Shown: in pieces, positions 14,149-23,435 of the stretch
How positions within the stretch are numbered: position 1 is the first letter of the stretch
How the letters are laid out: each line of letters begins with the position of its first letter
DNA from: a virus
Length of the DNA stretch: 39,024 nt
IMG/VR virus record: IMGVR_UViG_3300029858_000025
Direction: 5' to 3' (one strand)
Translations under genes and position numbers: made by a program
Notes under the pieces: generated by a model
What the model was told of the DNA's origin: nothing
The model's input: the letters and a program-made list of their open reading frames with translations, nothing else
Database searches by the model: none

Positions 14149-14678
14149 GCGTATACGAGCGCATAGCGGCGGTAATGGCCGATGTTACCTATCTCACGCG
14201 GGATTGCGATATGGGCGATTTTTGGACGTTGAGCGACGAGAGGGTAACGAGCGCGGTGAGGGCCAGCCTGATAAAAAATGGCCTGGTGATTATCCCCATA
14301 GCTACCGAGACGCAGACCAAGGACACGATAGCCGCCACCATCACATACAGGATACAGGGCATCGACGACGACGGCATAAACGTCTGCATGAGCGGCAGCG
14401 GCGAGACGCTGGGGGCCGCCCTCACAAACGCCCACAAATATATGCTATTGCAGGTTTTTAATATCCCCAACGGCATGGAGCAGATGGGAACGGGTGAGCG
14501 GCCCAAAACTGGCAGGGGGCGGGCATTACTCAACGCGCTAAAAAAGATGTGCCCGGACGAGCAAACGCTAAACGCCATGAGCGGCAACCTATACGGCCGC
14601 CCCGTGGCAGAACTGACCGAGGACGAGCTGCAAAAAATGGCAAACGAGATTGACAGATTGAGAGGTGATAGAGCGTGA
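14145..14678 (+). CDS. ERF-like single-strand annealing protein (177 aa)
   Basis: VYERIAAVMADVTYLTRD ... VRASLIKNGLVIIP ... GSGETLGAALTNAHKYMLLQVFNIP resembles the ERF family pattern. ATGA coupling with the upstream gene. Confidence 0.55.
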   Translation: MSVYERIAAVMADVTYLTRDCDMGDFWTLSDERVTSAVRASLIKNGLVIIPIATETQTKDTIAATITYRIQGIDDDGINVCMSGSGETLGAALTNAHKYMLLQVFNIPNGMEQMGTGERPKTGRGRALLNALKKMCPDEQTLNAMSGNLYGRPVAELTEDELQKMANEIDRLRGDRA

Positions 14679-15052
14679 GGGATAACGAGTATTTCGACGA
14701 GATCAAAACCGGCGGCAGGCCGAAAATGGTCATCAACAAGCGCGGTCTGAAATTGGTCACCGACCTGTCCAAAATAATGTGCAGCAATGAGGAGATAGCA
14801 ACCTCCCTCGGCGTATGCGTCAATATGCTGACCAACGCCAATAACGCCAAATTGTTTAACCAGGCCAAGGCCGCCGGACAGAGCGACGCTAAAAAGAGCC
14901 TGCGCCGCAAACAGTTCGCATTGGCGGCGAAAAACGCGAACATGGCGATATTTTTAGGCAAAAACTACCTTGACCAGCGCGACAAACAGGAAATCGAGAG
15001 CACCATCAGCGGCGGCGTATCCCTGGGATTTGATGATGATCTCATGGGGTAA
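14675..15052 (+). CDS. terS: Terminase small subunit
   Basis: GGRPK...NEEIATSLGVCVNML...SLRRKQFALAAKNANMAIFLGKNYLDQRD is a typical TerS pattern. GTG start. Confidence 0.8.
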   Translation: MRDNEYFDEIKTGGRPKMVINKRGLKLVTDLSKIMCSNEEIATSLGVCVNMLTNANNAKLFNQAKAAGQSDAKKSLRRKQFALAAKNANMAIFLGKNYLDQRDKQEIESTISGGVSLGFDDDLMG

Positions 15053-15060
15053 ATATATCG

Positions 15061-16386
15061 TTGGGGCTGCCGCCGAACCCTAAACAGATGGAGTTTTTCC
15101 GCGCCCGTGGGCGGCACGTTGCGTATGGCGGCGCCAGGGGCGGCGGCAAGAGCTGGGCCATGCGAACCAAATTGATCATGCTGGCGGTCAAATATCCGGG
15201 CATACAGATGCTGCTCCTCCGTCGTACTATGCCACAGCTTCGCGAAAACCACATCGTCCCCATGCTGTCCACCCTCAAGGGGATCGCCCAATACAAGAGC
15301 CAAGAAAAGGTATTTGAATTTTACAACGGCTCCCGTATCGTGTGCGGCTACTGCGCCGCCGAGACCGACGCGCTCAACTATCAGGGCCAGTCATACGACA
15401 TTATAGGCATGGAGGAGGCCACACAGTTTACCGAGCAACAAATGGACTGGATCGTCTCTTCTAACCGTCCATCCGGCCCCGGCTACCCGACGCGCATGTA
15501 TTACACCTGTAATCCCGGAGGAGTAGGACACGCATGGGTAAAACGATTATTTATCGACCGCGACTACCGCAACAGTGAGCGGCCTGAAGATTATGATTTT
15601 ATCCCGGCAAAGGTATACGACAATTACGTCCTCATGGGGCGCGACCCGGATTACGTCCGCAAACTGGAAAACCTACCTGAGGACATGCGCCGGGCGCACC
15701 TGGACGGCGATTGGGATTTGTTTGTCGGGCAGTATTTCACGGAGTTTCGACGCGATATACACGTTGTCACACCGTTTGCAATACCCGATTACTGGCAGCG
15801 GTACAGGGCGTTTGACTACGGCTTGGATATGTTGGCCTGCTATTGGGCGGCATTTGACGAGCTGGGCAACTGCTACGTGTATAACGAGTATTGCGCCCCT
15901 AACCTCATCATCTCAGAGGCGGCGCACCGAATATTGGAGCGCACGCCGGAGGAAAGCAAAATAGAGTGTACATTTGCGCCGCGCGATATGTGGGCCACCA
16001 ACAGGGCCACGGGCAAATACCAGGCGGAGATATTTGAGGAAAACGGTTTGCGGCTAACACCAGTGAGCAACGGGAGAGTGGCAGGATGGCAAAATATAGC
16101 GGAGTGGCTGCACCCTGTCCCCGATGGCGTGGGCGGCACCCAACCCCGCCTGAAAATATTTAGCAACTGTACGGAGCTGATAAAGGATTTGCCGCTGCTC
16201 CAGCATGACGACAAAAACCCGAGCGACTGCGCGACAGAGCCCCACGACATAACCCATGCCCCGGACGGATTGCGTTATCTGCTGGACGGCAGACCGCGCC
16301 CGGCGGAAATACTCGCCCCGAAGGACGAGGACGAGCCGCTGGAATTTGACGACCAGATAGAGAATTTTATGGATTACGGAGGATAA
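15061..16386 (+). CDS. terL: Terminase large subunit
   Basis: Walker A GGARGGGKS. 441 aa. TTG start is uncertain (alternative ATG at 15088). Confidence 0.9.
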   Translation: MGLPPNPKQMEFFRARGRHVAYGGARGGGKSWAMRTKLIMLAVKYPGIQMLLLRRTMPQLRENHIVPMLSTLKGIAQYKSQEKVFEFYNGSRIVCGYCAAETDALNYQGQSYDIIGMEEATQFTEQQMDWIVSSNRPSGPGYPTRMYYTCNPGGVGHAWVKRLFIDRDYRNSERPEDYDFIPAKVYDNYVLMGRDPDYVRKLENLPEDMRRAHLDGDWDLFVGQYFTEFRRDIHVVTPFAIPDYWQRYRAFDYGLDMLACYWAAFDELGNCYVYNEYCAPNLIISEAAHRILERTPEESKIECTFAPRDMWATNRATGKYQAEIFEENGLRLTPVSNGRVAGWQNIAEWLHPVPDGVGGTQPRLKIFSNCTELIKDLPLLQHDDKNPSDCATEPHDITHAPDGLRYLLDGRPRPAEILAPKDEDEPLEFDDQIENFMDYGG

Positions 16387-16387
16387 A

Positions 16388-16606
16388 ATGGAATACCTCA
16401 TAGGCGCTGTGATAGGCGCTATTTTGTTTTTTGGCGGGTATCTGACCGCCTACAAATTGGCGCTGCGAAAAAAATACGAGCCTGACGATGACCTACAAGT
16501 GCAGTACGACGATACCCGCCGCACACGGGCCGACAAAATGAATATGCAGATGTATAACATGCTGAATTATACAGGGAGAGCACAGAATGACGATTACGAA
16601 GACTGA
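16388..16606 (+). CDS. Small membrane protein (72 aa)
   Basis: N-terminal TM segment LIGAVIGAILFFGGYLTAY. RBS GGAGGA. Confidence 0.55.
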   Translation: MEYLIGAVIGAILFFGGYLTAYKLALRKKYEPDDDLQVQYDDTRRTRADKMNMQMYNMLNYTGRAQNDDYED

Positions 16607-18287
16607 CCCCCAAAGCGTATGGGAGGAGTACCAGCAGGGCAGGCGATACAAAGAGGCCATAAACCTGTACGAGGACGTGCGACTTAATGAAAATTTCTAC
16701 CTTGGGCGGCAATGGGAGGGGCTGAACGCTCCCGACCTGCCTAAGCCCGTGCTCAATTTTCTCAAGCGCGTCGTTACCTACGTTATCGCCACCATATCCT
16801 CAAACGATATAGCCGTATCCCTATCACCCCACGAGAGCGACCGGGACAAGGAAATGACCGCCAAAGCCGTAAGCAGGCAACTTGAGAAGGTCATTGAAAA
16901 CACAAAATTTAAAAACGCGCTGCGCCAACGGATACGGGATAGCGCAGTAGACGGCGACGCATGTATGTATTTTAGATTTGACCCCGAAATAGCGACAGGA
17001 CAGGCCGCACAGGGCGATATAGCGTGTGAGGCTATAGACAACATCAATGTGATATTTGGCAACGCATACAACCGTGATGTGCAGTCACAGCCCTATATCA
17101 TCATTTGCCAGCGCAAAAAGGTGAAGGAACTGAAACGCGAGGGCAAGGCCGCCGGCATGAGCGACGCAGAAATACAACTGATACAGGCCGACACAGATGC
17201 ATATCAGCGCGAAAAGGGCGACGATGCAAACCTCTGTACCAAACTGATAAAACTTTGGAAGGAAGAAAACGGCGAAATCTGGTACACGAGCACAACGGAA
17301 AAGGCGACGATAAACAAGCCCACCAATACGGGCCTAAAACTCTACCCCGTGGCATGGATGAGCTGGGACGAGGTAAAGAGCAGTTACCACGGGCAAGCAC
17401 TCCTCACCGGCCTCATCCCCAACCAGATAGAGGTCAACAGATTGTTCGCCTGTTATGTGCGGTCCGTCAGCATGAACGCATTTCCGAAGATCGTCTATGA
17501 TTCCGACAAAATCAAGAAATGGACAAACAAGGCCGGAGAGGCCATAGCGACAAAGGGCATCGGCGTAGGACGGGTAAACGATTATGTAACAGCCATACGC
17601 GGCGGCGATGTATCCTATCAGGTCATGGAGGTCATACAGCAGATCATAACCATGACCCGCGATTTTATGGGCGCCTCTGACGCCGCGCTCGGCAACGTCA
17701 AACCCGATAACACCTCCGCCATTATCGCCGTGCAGCAGGCCTCGTCAATGCCGTTGGAAATCCAGCGGATGAACCTATACCAATTTACCGAGGATTGCGT
17801 GCGGATAATGATGGATATAATGCGGGCGTATTACGGCGTGCGCATTGTCACGCTGGATGAGGCCGTCCCCGCCATAGAGGACGGCGCCGCGCTTGACACC
17901 ATGGGCAACCCGACAGGGGAGAGCATCAATAAAATACAGCTCGATTTTTCAAACTTTGACACCATCAACTACGATACAAATGTTGATGTGGGCGCGTCCT
18001 CGTACTGGTCTGAGCTGATGCAGGTACAGACCATGGATAACCTGTTTACAAAAGGGATAATGACCGACGCGGTGCTGTACCTCGAAAGCATACCGAGCAA
18101 ATACCTGAAAAACAAGGATAAGATAATCGCCTCGGTGAAGGAGCAGCAGGCCATGATGGCACAGCAGGCCGCCATGCCCGCGGAAGCCCCGCCCGCAGAA
18201 ATGCCAATAACTGATACAGCGGCGCAGGAGCTTGTGAACCAGGTTGCCGAAGCACGGCGGGAAATAATGAATCAATCGCGACAATAG
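16587..18287 (+). CDS. Portal protein
   Basis: 566 aa immediately after terminase. Contains the NENFYLGRQWEG motif typical of SPP1-type portals. Confidence 0.85.
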   Translation: MTITKTDPQSVWEEYQQGRRYKEAINLYEDVRLNENFYLGRQWEGLNAPDLPKPVLNFLKRVVTYVIATISSNDIAVSLSPHESDRDKEMTAKAVSRQLEKVIENTKFKNALRQRIRDSAVDGDACMYFRFDPEIATGQAAQGDIACEAIDNINVIFGNAYNRDVQSQPYIIICQRKKVKELKREGKAAGMSDAEIQLIQADTDAYQREKGDDANLCTKLIKLWKEENGEIWYTSTTEKATINKPTNTGLKLYPVAWMSWDEVKSSYHGQALLTGLIPNQIEVNRLFACYVRSVSMNAFPKIVYDSDKIKKWTNKAGEAIATKGIGVGRVNDYVTAIRGGDVSYQVMEVIQQIITMTRDFMGASDAALGNVKPDNTSAIIAVQQASSMPLEIQRMNLYQFTEDCVRIMMDIMRAYYGVRIVTLDEAVPAIEDGAALDTMGNPTGESINKIQLDFSNFDTINYDTNVDVGASSYWSELMQVQTMDNLFTKGIMTDAVLYLESIPSKYLKNKDKIIASVKEQQAMMAQQAAMPAEAPPAEMPITDTAAQELVNQVAEARREIMNQSRQ

Positions 18288-18361
18288 GCCTAAAGGGCCT
18301 TTTGCTATATCAGCGCCGACCATAGCGCAACCGGCCGACCATAGCCGGAGAAAGGATCAAC

Positions 18362-19192
18362 ATGGATAACAACATTTTTGACGGCTCTGATCTGTTTGTG
18401 GACGAGGAGATTGCCCCGGAGACACCCGAGGAAACCACCGAACCGGAAACAACGGAACCAACTGAACCCGAACAGCCCGAAAGCACCGAGAAGGCCGACC
18501 AAGCCGCAGAGCCGGAAGCAGACAAGCCCGGCGTTATCCGCGTGAAATATAAGGGCGAAGAGCGGGAGCTGTCGGTGGAGGACGCTGTCGTATACGCCCA
18601 GAAGGGCATGAACTACGACGTGATCTATAACGAGCTTCAGACCGCAAAAGCAGAAGCCCAGGAGATCGCCCCTTTTTTACAGGAGGTTGACTATTGGGCT
18701 AAAGAGAACGGGATGACCCGCTCCGAATATCTGAGCTTCCTCCGCGAAAACCGCCAGACCCAAATGCTCCAGAATGAGATGAGCGGCATCAAGGCCCAGT
18801 ATCCCGACCTGCCTGACGAGGTAGTAAAGGAGATGGCCGAGCTGAGATGCAAGGGCAAGGAGGCGGAAAATATCAGGCTGGAAGAGCAGCAAGCGCAGGC
18901 ACAAAAGGACGCCGAGCTTGCGCCGTGGCAGAAGTTTATCGAGGTTTACGGCATAACCGACCCGGAAAAAATACCGCCCGATGTGATGGCGGACGTGGGA
19001 AACGGGCTATCCCCCGTTGAGGCTATGCAAAAGCACGAGATAAACGAGCTCAAAAAACAGCTTGAGGCAGCTAATACAAAAAAACAGATAGAGGAAAAAC
19101 ACGAGGAAAACAAAAAACGCGCAATGCCAAGCGCGGCAACACAGGCCCAGCCGGAAAAGGAGGACAGCTTCCTTGCAGGCATGGGCTTTTAA
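18362..19192 (+). CDS. Scaffolding protein
   Basis: Acidic PE-rich N-terminus, coiled-coil-like and lysine/glutamate-rich. Lies between the portal and capsid genes. Confidence 0.7.
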   Translation: MDNNIFDGSDLFVDEEIAPETPEETTEPETTEPTEPEQPESTEKADQAAEPEADKPGVIRVKYKGEERELSVEDAVVYAQKGMNYDVIYNELQTAKAEAQEIAPFLQEVDYWAKENGMTRSEYLSFLRENRQTQMLQNEMSGIKAQYPDLPDEVVKEMAELRCKGKEAENIRLEEQQAQAQKDAELAPWQKFIEVYGITDPEKIPPDVMADVGNGLSPVEAMQKHEINELKKQLEAANTKKQIEEKHEENKKRAMPSAATQAQPEKEDSFLAGMGF

Positions 19193-19216
19193 TCTACTGA
19201 AAGGAAAAAGTGAATA

Positions 19217-20278
19217 ATGGCTATCAATCTACACGAAAAATACTCCGACAAAATCAAACAGGTCTATACCCACAACTCTTTTGTCGAGGGAAAAACCAAC
19301 CAGGAATACTCTTTTGTCGGCGTCAAAACCGTCAAAATCCCCAATCTCATTACCCAGGACCTTAACGACTACCAGCGCACCGGCACCAACCGTTACGGCA
19401 CTCCCAACGAGTTGCAGGACGCCATACAGGAGCTGAGCGTTACTCAGGACAAGTCCTTTGCCATCACCATCGACAAGGGCAATAACGTCGAGCAGCAGAT
19501 GATGAAGCAGGCAGGCCGCGTCATGGAGGCGGAGATGCGCGAAAAGGTAACGCCCACCTCCGATAAGTACGCCCTCGCTCAGTACGCCGCCAATGCAGGC
19601 CATACCATAGCCTATGACGCTGCCGTGGCCAAGAGCAACATAATCTCTAAGCTGCTTGATATAGAGGTCTACTTCGAGGATAGCTTTGTCCCCACCGACC
19701 GCCGCTATGTGTTTGTGAAAAACACGCACATTGCCATGATAAAGCTGTCCAGCGAGTTCCAGTACGCCGACAGCGCGGTGGATAAACTGCTCATGAAGGG
19801 CATTGTAGGCAAGATAGGCACTCTCAACATCGTAGGCGTACCCGCCGCGTATATGCCTACCAACGTAGAGCATATCGCGTTCCAGTCCAATTCCGTTATG
19901 CTGCCCTTCAAGATCAAGGACAGCCGCATACATCAGGACCCGCCCGGCCTGTCCGGTCACCTGCTGGAGGGCCGCTTCATGTACGACGCATTTGTCATAG
20001 GCGCTATCTGCGACGGCGTTGTAGTTGTTGTGGCCAAGGAAAAGAAGTGCGCTGCGCCCACCGTGACCAAGGGCACCACGACCACCATAACTACTACCAC
20101 CTCCGACGCAGAGGTCTACTATACCACCGACGGCTCTGATCCCCGCTGGTCTACTACCCGAACCAAGTACAGCGCCGCCATTGCCAATCCCACCGCAGGG
20201 ACCATCATTAAGGCATACGCGACCTATATTAGCGGCGGTATGTATCCCTCCGATGTAGTCACCCACAAGTGCGTTTAA
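19217..20278 (+). CDS. Major capsid protein with C-terminal Ig-like (Fn3-associated/CHB_HEX_C-like) domain
   Basis: Position after the scaffold gene. C-terminus is T-rich linker TTTTITTTT followed by YYTTDGSDP...YSAAI... Confidence 0.75.
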   Translation: MAINLHEKYSDKIKQVYTHNSFVEGKTNQEYSFVGVKTVKIPNLITQDLNDYQRTGTNRYGTPNELQDAIQELSVTQDKSFAITIDKGNNVEQQMMKQAGRVMEAEMREKVTPTSDKYALAQYAANAGHTIAYDAAVAKSNIISKLLDIEVYFEDSFVPTDRRYVFVKNTHIAMIKLSSEFQYADSAVDKLLMKGIVGKIGTLNIVGVPAAYMPTNVEHIAFQSNSVMLPFKIKDSRIHQDPPGLSGHLLEGRFMYDAFVIGAICDGVVVVVAKEKKCAAPTVTKGTTTTITTTTSDAEVYYTTDGSDPRWSTTRTKYSAAIANPTAGTIIKAYATYISGGMYPSDVVTHKCV

Positions 20279-20288
20279 CAAAATCATA

Positions 20289-20310
20289 GTGGGGCGGGCA
20301 ACCGCCCCAC
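20289..20310 (+). terminator. Perfect 9-bp GC stem-loop after the capsid gene (attenuator/RNA stabiliser; no T-tract)
   Basis: gtggggcgg-gcaa-ccgccccac read directly. Confidence 0.4.
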
Positions 20311-20328
20311 CTTACTAAGGAGGAACCC

Positions 20329-20715
20329 ATGACAGGACAACAGATATACGAGCTGGCCTCGTCATTCCTGTACGAGATAGACGGCGAAGATGAGGATTCA
20401 AAACGATTTGCCGTCGGGTTTATAAATATACTGCTGCAGGAGTGCCTTAACTGCGAAAACAGTATGCGGCTTTTCCGCGGAAAAGAAACGCTGAACGAAG
20501 CGCCGTACATCAAATCGCTTGCCGAGGAGATACCGTATCAGCCGGAGCTTACCCGCGTTGCCTTCCCGTATGGCGTGGCCTCGTGGTTTTTCCAGGAAGC
20601 GCTCGACAATTTCCAAGCTGAGAATTACCGCAGCAAGTACCTGTCCGCTGTTAGCGAGGCAAGTAAACTCAACAGCGGCATAGCGGAGGATTATTATTCA
20701 TGCCTGAGTCTGTAA
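20329..20715 (+). CDS. Virion structural protein, head-tail connector candidate (128 aa)
   Basis: RBS AAGGAGG. Assigned by position after the capsid gene only. Confidence 0.5.
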   Translation: MTGQQIYELASSFLYEIDGEDEDSKRFAVGFINILLQECLNCENSMRLFRGKETLNEAPYIKSLAEEIPYQPELTRVAFPYGVASWFFQEALDNFQAENYRSKYLSAVSEASKLNSGIAEDYYSCLSL

Positions 20716-22601
20716 CCCCGAAAAAAATAGCGGCGACGAAAACCTACCAGCGCACATACGACAAATTCAGAGGCGTCGATTTCTCTACCGACCCCACACA
20801 GGTAGCGGATTTCCGCTCTCCGTATGCTGTCAACCTCATATCCGACCTCGCCGGATTCCCGGAAAAGCGCCCCGGCTGGCGGACGCTACTGACCGTGGCA
20901 AATGAGCGGATCAACGGCATATATTACTGCGTATTCAAAAGCGGCGCCACCGCAAGGCTCGTCCACGCCAAAAACAAACTCTACAAATGGAACGACGACG
21001 ATACCGTTACCCTTGTGTTTACCGGCATGAACGACCAGCGCAGCGCGGCCTTTGCCCATGGCGGCAAACTGTATATGCTCGACGGGCTGAAATACCGCGT
21101 GATAACGGAGAACAACGGCGCATACACGGTGCAGAACGTAGAGGACACGGCGGCCTTTATACCGACCACCACCGTAGGCGCAGACCCAACGGGCGGCGGC
21201 ACACACCTGGAAGCGGTCAATATGCTGTCCACCGGGAGAATAAACTCTTTCCATTCCAACGGTAACGATAAGACCTACTATCTCGACACGCAAAACATCA
21301 CCGCTGTAACAAAGGTGCTCGTGGGCGGCACGCTGAAAACACCTACGACGGACTACACCGTAGACCTTGCCGCCGGAACAGTGACGTTTACCGAAGCCCC
21401 GGCAGACAGCAAGGGCGTTGATAATGTGGTTATCCATTTCACCGCCACGGTAGAGGGATACGCCGACCGCGTGAACAAATGCACCTTGTTTGCTTATTAC
21501 GGCTACAACAACGACAACCGCGTGTTCATTTCCGGCAACCCGGAATATAAAAATTGGGACTGGCAGAGTGGCTTGGATGATCCCACATATTTCCCGGATA
21601 CGGGATATACGCAGATAGGCTCCGACACGTCCTCCATAATGGGCTACATCAAACAGTACGATTCCCTCATGGTGGTCAAGGATGATAACCAGCAGGATGC
21701 GGAAGTGTTCCTCCGCACTGCCGAGATGCAGACGGACGGAACGGTGATATTCCCCATCAAACAGGGCATAAAGGGCGTAGGAGCCATATCCAAGTACGCC
21801 TTCGACACCCTCAGAGATGACCCGCTCTTCTTGGCAAGGGAGGGAGTTTTCGGCATATCCTCGACCTCTGTACAACTGGAACGCAACATACAGGACAGAA
21901 GCTATTTTGTCAACACGGAACTGACTAAGGAAAGCGGCCTTGATGAAGCCGTATCCGTAGTATGGAACGGCTATTATATCCTGTGCGTCAACGGAAAGTG
22001 CTTCGTAGCTGACAGCCGCCACAGGAGCGCAAAGACGGACGGCGGCGCAAGCTATTCCGAAAGCGGCTCGTATGTGCAGTATGGGTATGAATGGTACTAC
22101 TGGACGAACATTCCCGCAAGGGTATTTTTTGAGCAGGACGGCAACCTTTTCTTCGGCACGGCTGAAGGGAAGATATGCCGCTTTAACACCGACCGGGGAA
22201 AAATGAACAAATATAACGACGACGGGCAGCCTATTACTGCTATCTGGTCTACGCAGATGGACAATTACGGCACTATCACCCGCAGGAAGTCCCTGACGAA
22301 AAAGGGATGCGGCGTGATGATAAAGCCGTATACAAGATCGTCGGTCAAAATACTCGTGGCTACTGACCGCATACATGATACTCAGATACGCTCCAAGGCT
22401 ATGGACATACTGGATTTCAGCGATATCGACTTTGAACGCATAACCTTTAACACGCTGGACACGCCACAGGTTATCGCGTTCAATAAAAAGGTCAAGAAAT
22501 TCATCGTCCTACAGATCATCTTTAAAAACGACACGCTCGATGAGGGCTTTGGCATATACGGCGTACAAGTCCAATACGTCGTGGGCGGCTATGTCAAATA
22601 A
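20700..22601 (+). CDS. Large virion structural protein (633 aa; tail/adaptor candidate)
   Basis: Long ORF in the late operon. Function is assigned by position only. Confidence 0.6.
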   Translation: MPESVTPKKIAATKTYQRTYDKFRGVDFSTDPTQVADFRSPYAVNLISDLAGFPEKRPGWRTLLTVANERINGIYYCVFKSGATARLVHAKNKLYKWNDDDTVTLVFTGMNDQRSAAFAHGGKLYMLDGLKYRVITENNGAYTVQNVEDTAAFIPTTTVGADPTGGGTHLEAVNMLSTGRINSFHSNGNDKTYYLDTQNITAVTKVLVGGTLKTPTTDYTVDLAAGTVTFTEAPADSKGVDNVVIHFTATVEGYADRVNKCTLFAYYGYNNDNRVFISGNPEYKNWDWQSGLDDPTYFPDTGYTQIGSDTSSIMGYIKQYDSLMVVKDDNQQDAEVFLRTAEMQTDGTVIFPIKQGIKGVGAISKYAFDTLRDDPLFLAREGVFGISSTSVQLERNIQDRSYFVNTELTKESGLDEAVSVVWNGYYILCVNGKCFVADSRHRSAKTDGGASYSESGSYVQYGYEWYYWTNIPARVFFEQDGNLFFGTAEGKICRFNTDRGKMNKYNDDGQPITAIWSTQMDNYGTITRRKSLTKKGCGVMIKPYTRSSVKILVATDRIHDTQIRSKAMDILDFSDIDFERITFNTLDTPQVIAFNKKVKKFIVLQIIFKNDTLDEGFGIYGVQVQYVVGGYVK

Positions 22602-22610
22602 GGAGGAAAT

Positions 22611-23423
22611 ATGCTCGAAACAAACATAAAGAAAGTGGCTACACAGGTTCCTACACCCGTCACGCCCACCACGCCGCAAAGCCCGATAAGCGGCGGCACA
22701 TACACCGTGGGCGGCAACCATACCGTTGACAACTCCGCGTATGCCGCCGGCACCGATGCAAACGCCATAGCCCTGCAAACCTATGACAAACAGCTTGCTG
22801 CATATAAGGCGGCGCTCCAGGCGGGGTATGACGCACAGGCGAATTCGATAGCCGCACAGGCGGCAAAACTGAAGGATCAATACAACACGTCCCGCAACGA
22901 CGTGTATACAAACTCCCGCCTGTCTGCAATCGGCAATAATGAGCGGCTTGCGGCTCGTGGGCTTGCCGGCAACCTCTACGACTACGCCCGCAGCGGGACC
23001 AGCGAGAGCAGCAGGATAGCCCAGGACATCGCCATGCGAAAGGCCCTTGCCCAGCAGAACAACGCGGAGATAAGCGCGAACAACGACCTCAGCCTTAAGC
23101 TGCTTGAAGCGCAGAGGGAAGCTGACGCGAAGTACGCCGAATACGCGGCAAGGAATGAGGAAAGCAAAATACCTTACCTTATGGCCCTCGCGAACGCCGC
23201 CAACATGAGCAGTGGCGGAGGAGGCGGAGGAGGCGGCGGCTATTATGGAAGCGCTAAGAAGTCCAGCAAGAAATCAGGAAGGAAGAGCGGAAGCGGAAGC
23301 AAAAAAACGTCTGCGACCACTAAAGGCAATAATATACCGGGCGATCAGAGCACCAGCCGCATTCTGGTAAACCCGAAAACCGGAAAGGAAACCAAAAACA
23401 GAATTTCTGGCATGGTCAAATAG
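22611..23423 (+). CDS. Virion protein with a Gly9 tract and basic S/K-rich tail (270 aa)
   Basis: RBS AAGGAGG. Contains SSGGGGGGGGGYYGSAKKSSKKSGRKSGSGSKK. Confidence 0.65.
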   Translation: MLETNIKKVATQVPTPVTPTTPQSPISGGTYTVGGNHTVDNSAYAAGTDANAIALQTYDKQLAAYKAALQAGYDAQANSIAAQAAKLKDQYNTSRNDVYTNSRLSAIGNNERLAARGLAGNLYDYARSGTSESSRIAQDIAMRKALAQQNNAEISANNDLSLKLLEAQREADAKYAEYAARNEESKIPYLMALANAANMSSGGGGGGGGGYYGSAKKSSKKSGRKSGSGSKKTSATTKGNNIPGDQSTSRILVNPKTGKETKNRISGMVK

Positions 23424-23435
23424 GGGTAAAATCGC

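Noticed and set aside
19229-20287. Very long antisense ORFs: 19229-20287(-) 352 aa, 20886-22376(-) 496 aa, 4146-5045(-), 6585-7535(-), 10075-10755(-), 26421-27167(-) and many shorter ones.
   Set aside because: They mirror well-supported genes on the other strand. Their products have Arg/Gly/Ala/Pro-rich, low-information composition typical of shadow frames in GC-rich DNA, and they lack RBSs.
23216-23242. GGC/GGA triplet run (Gly9) in gene 22611-23423 as a phase-variable simple repeat.
   Set aside because: Changes in unit number would stay in frame, and the codons are mixed (ggc/gga), so slippage-driven on/off switching is unlikely. It is treated as a flexible linker.
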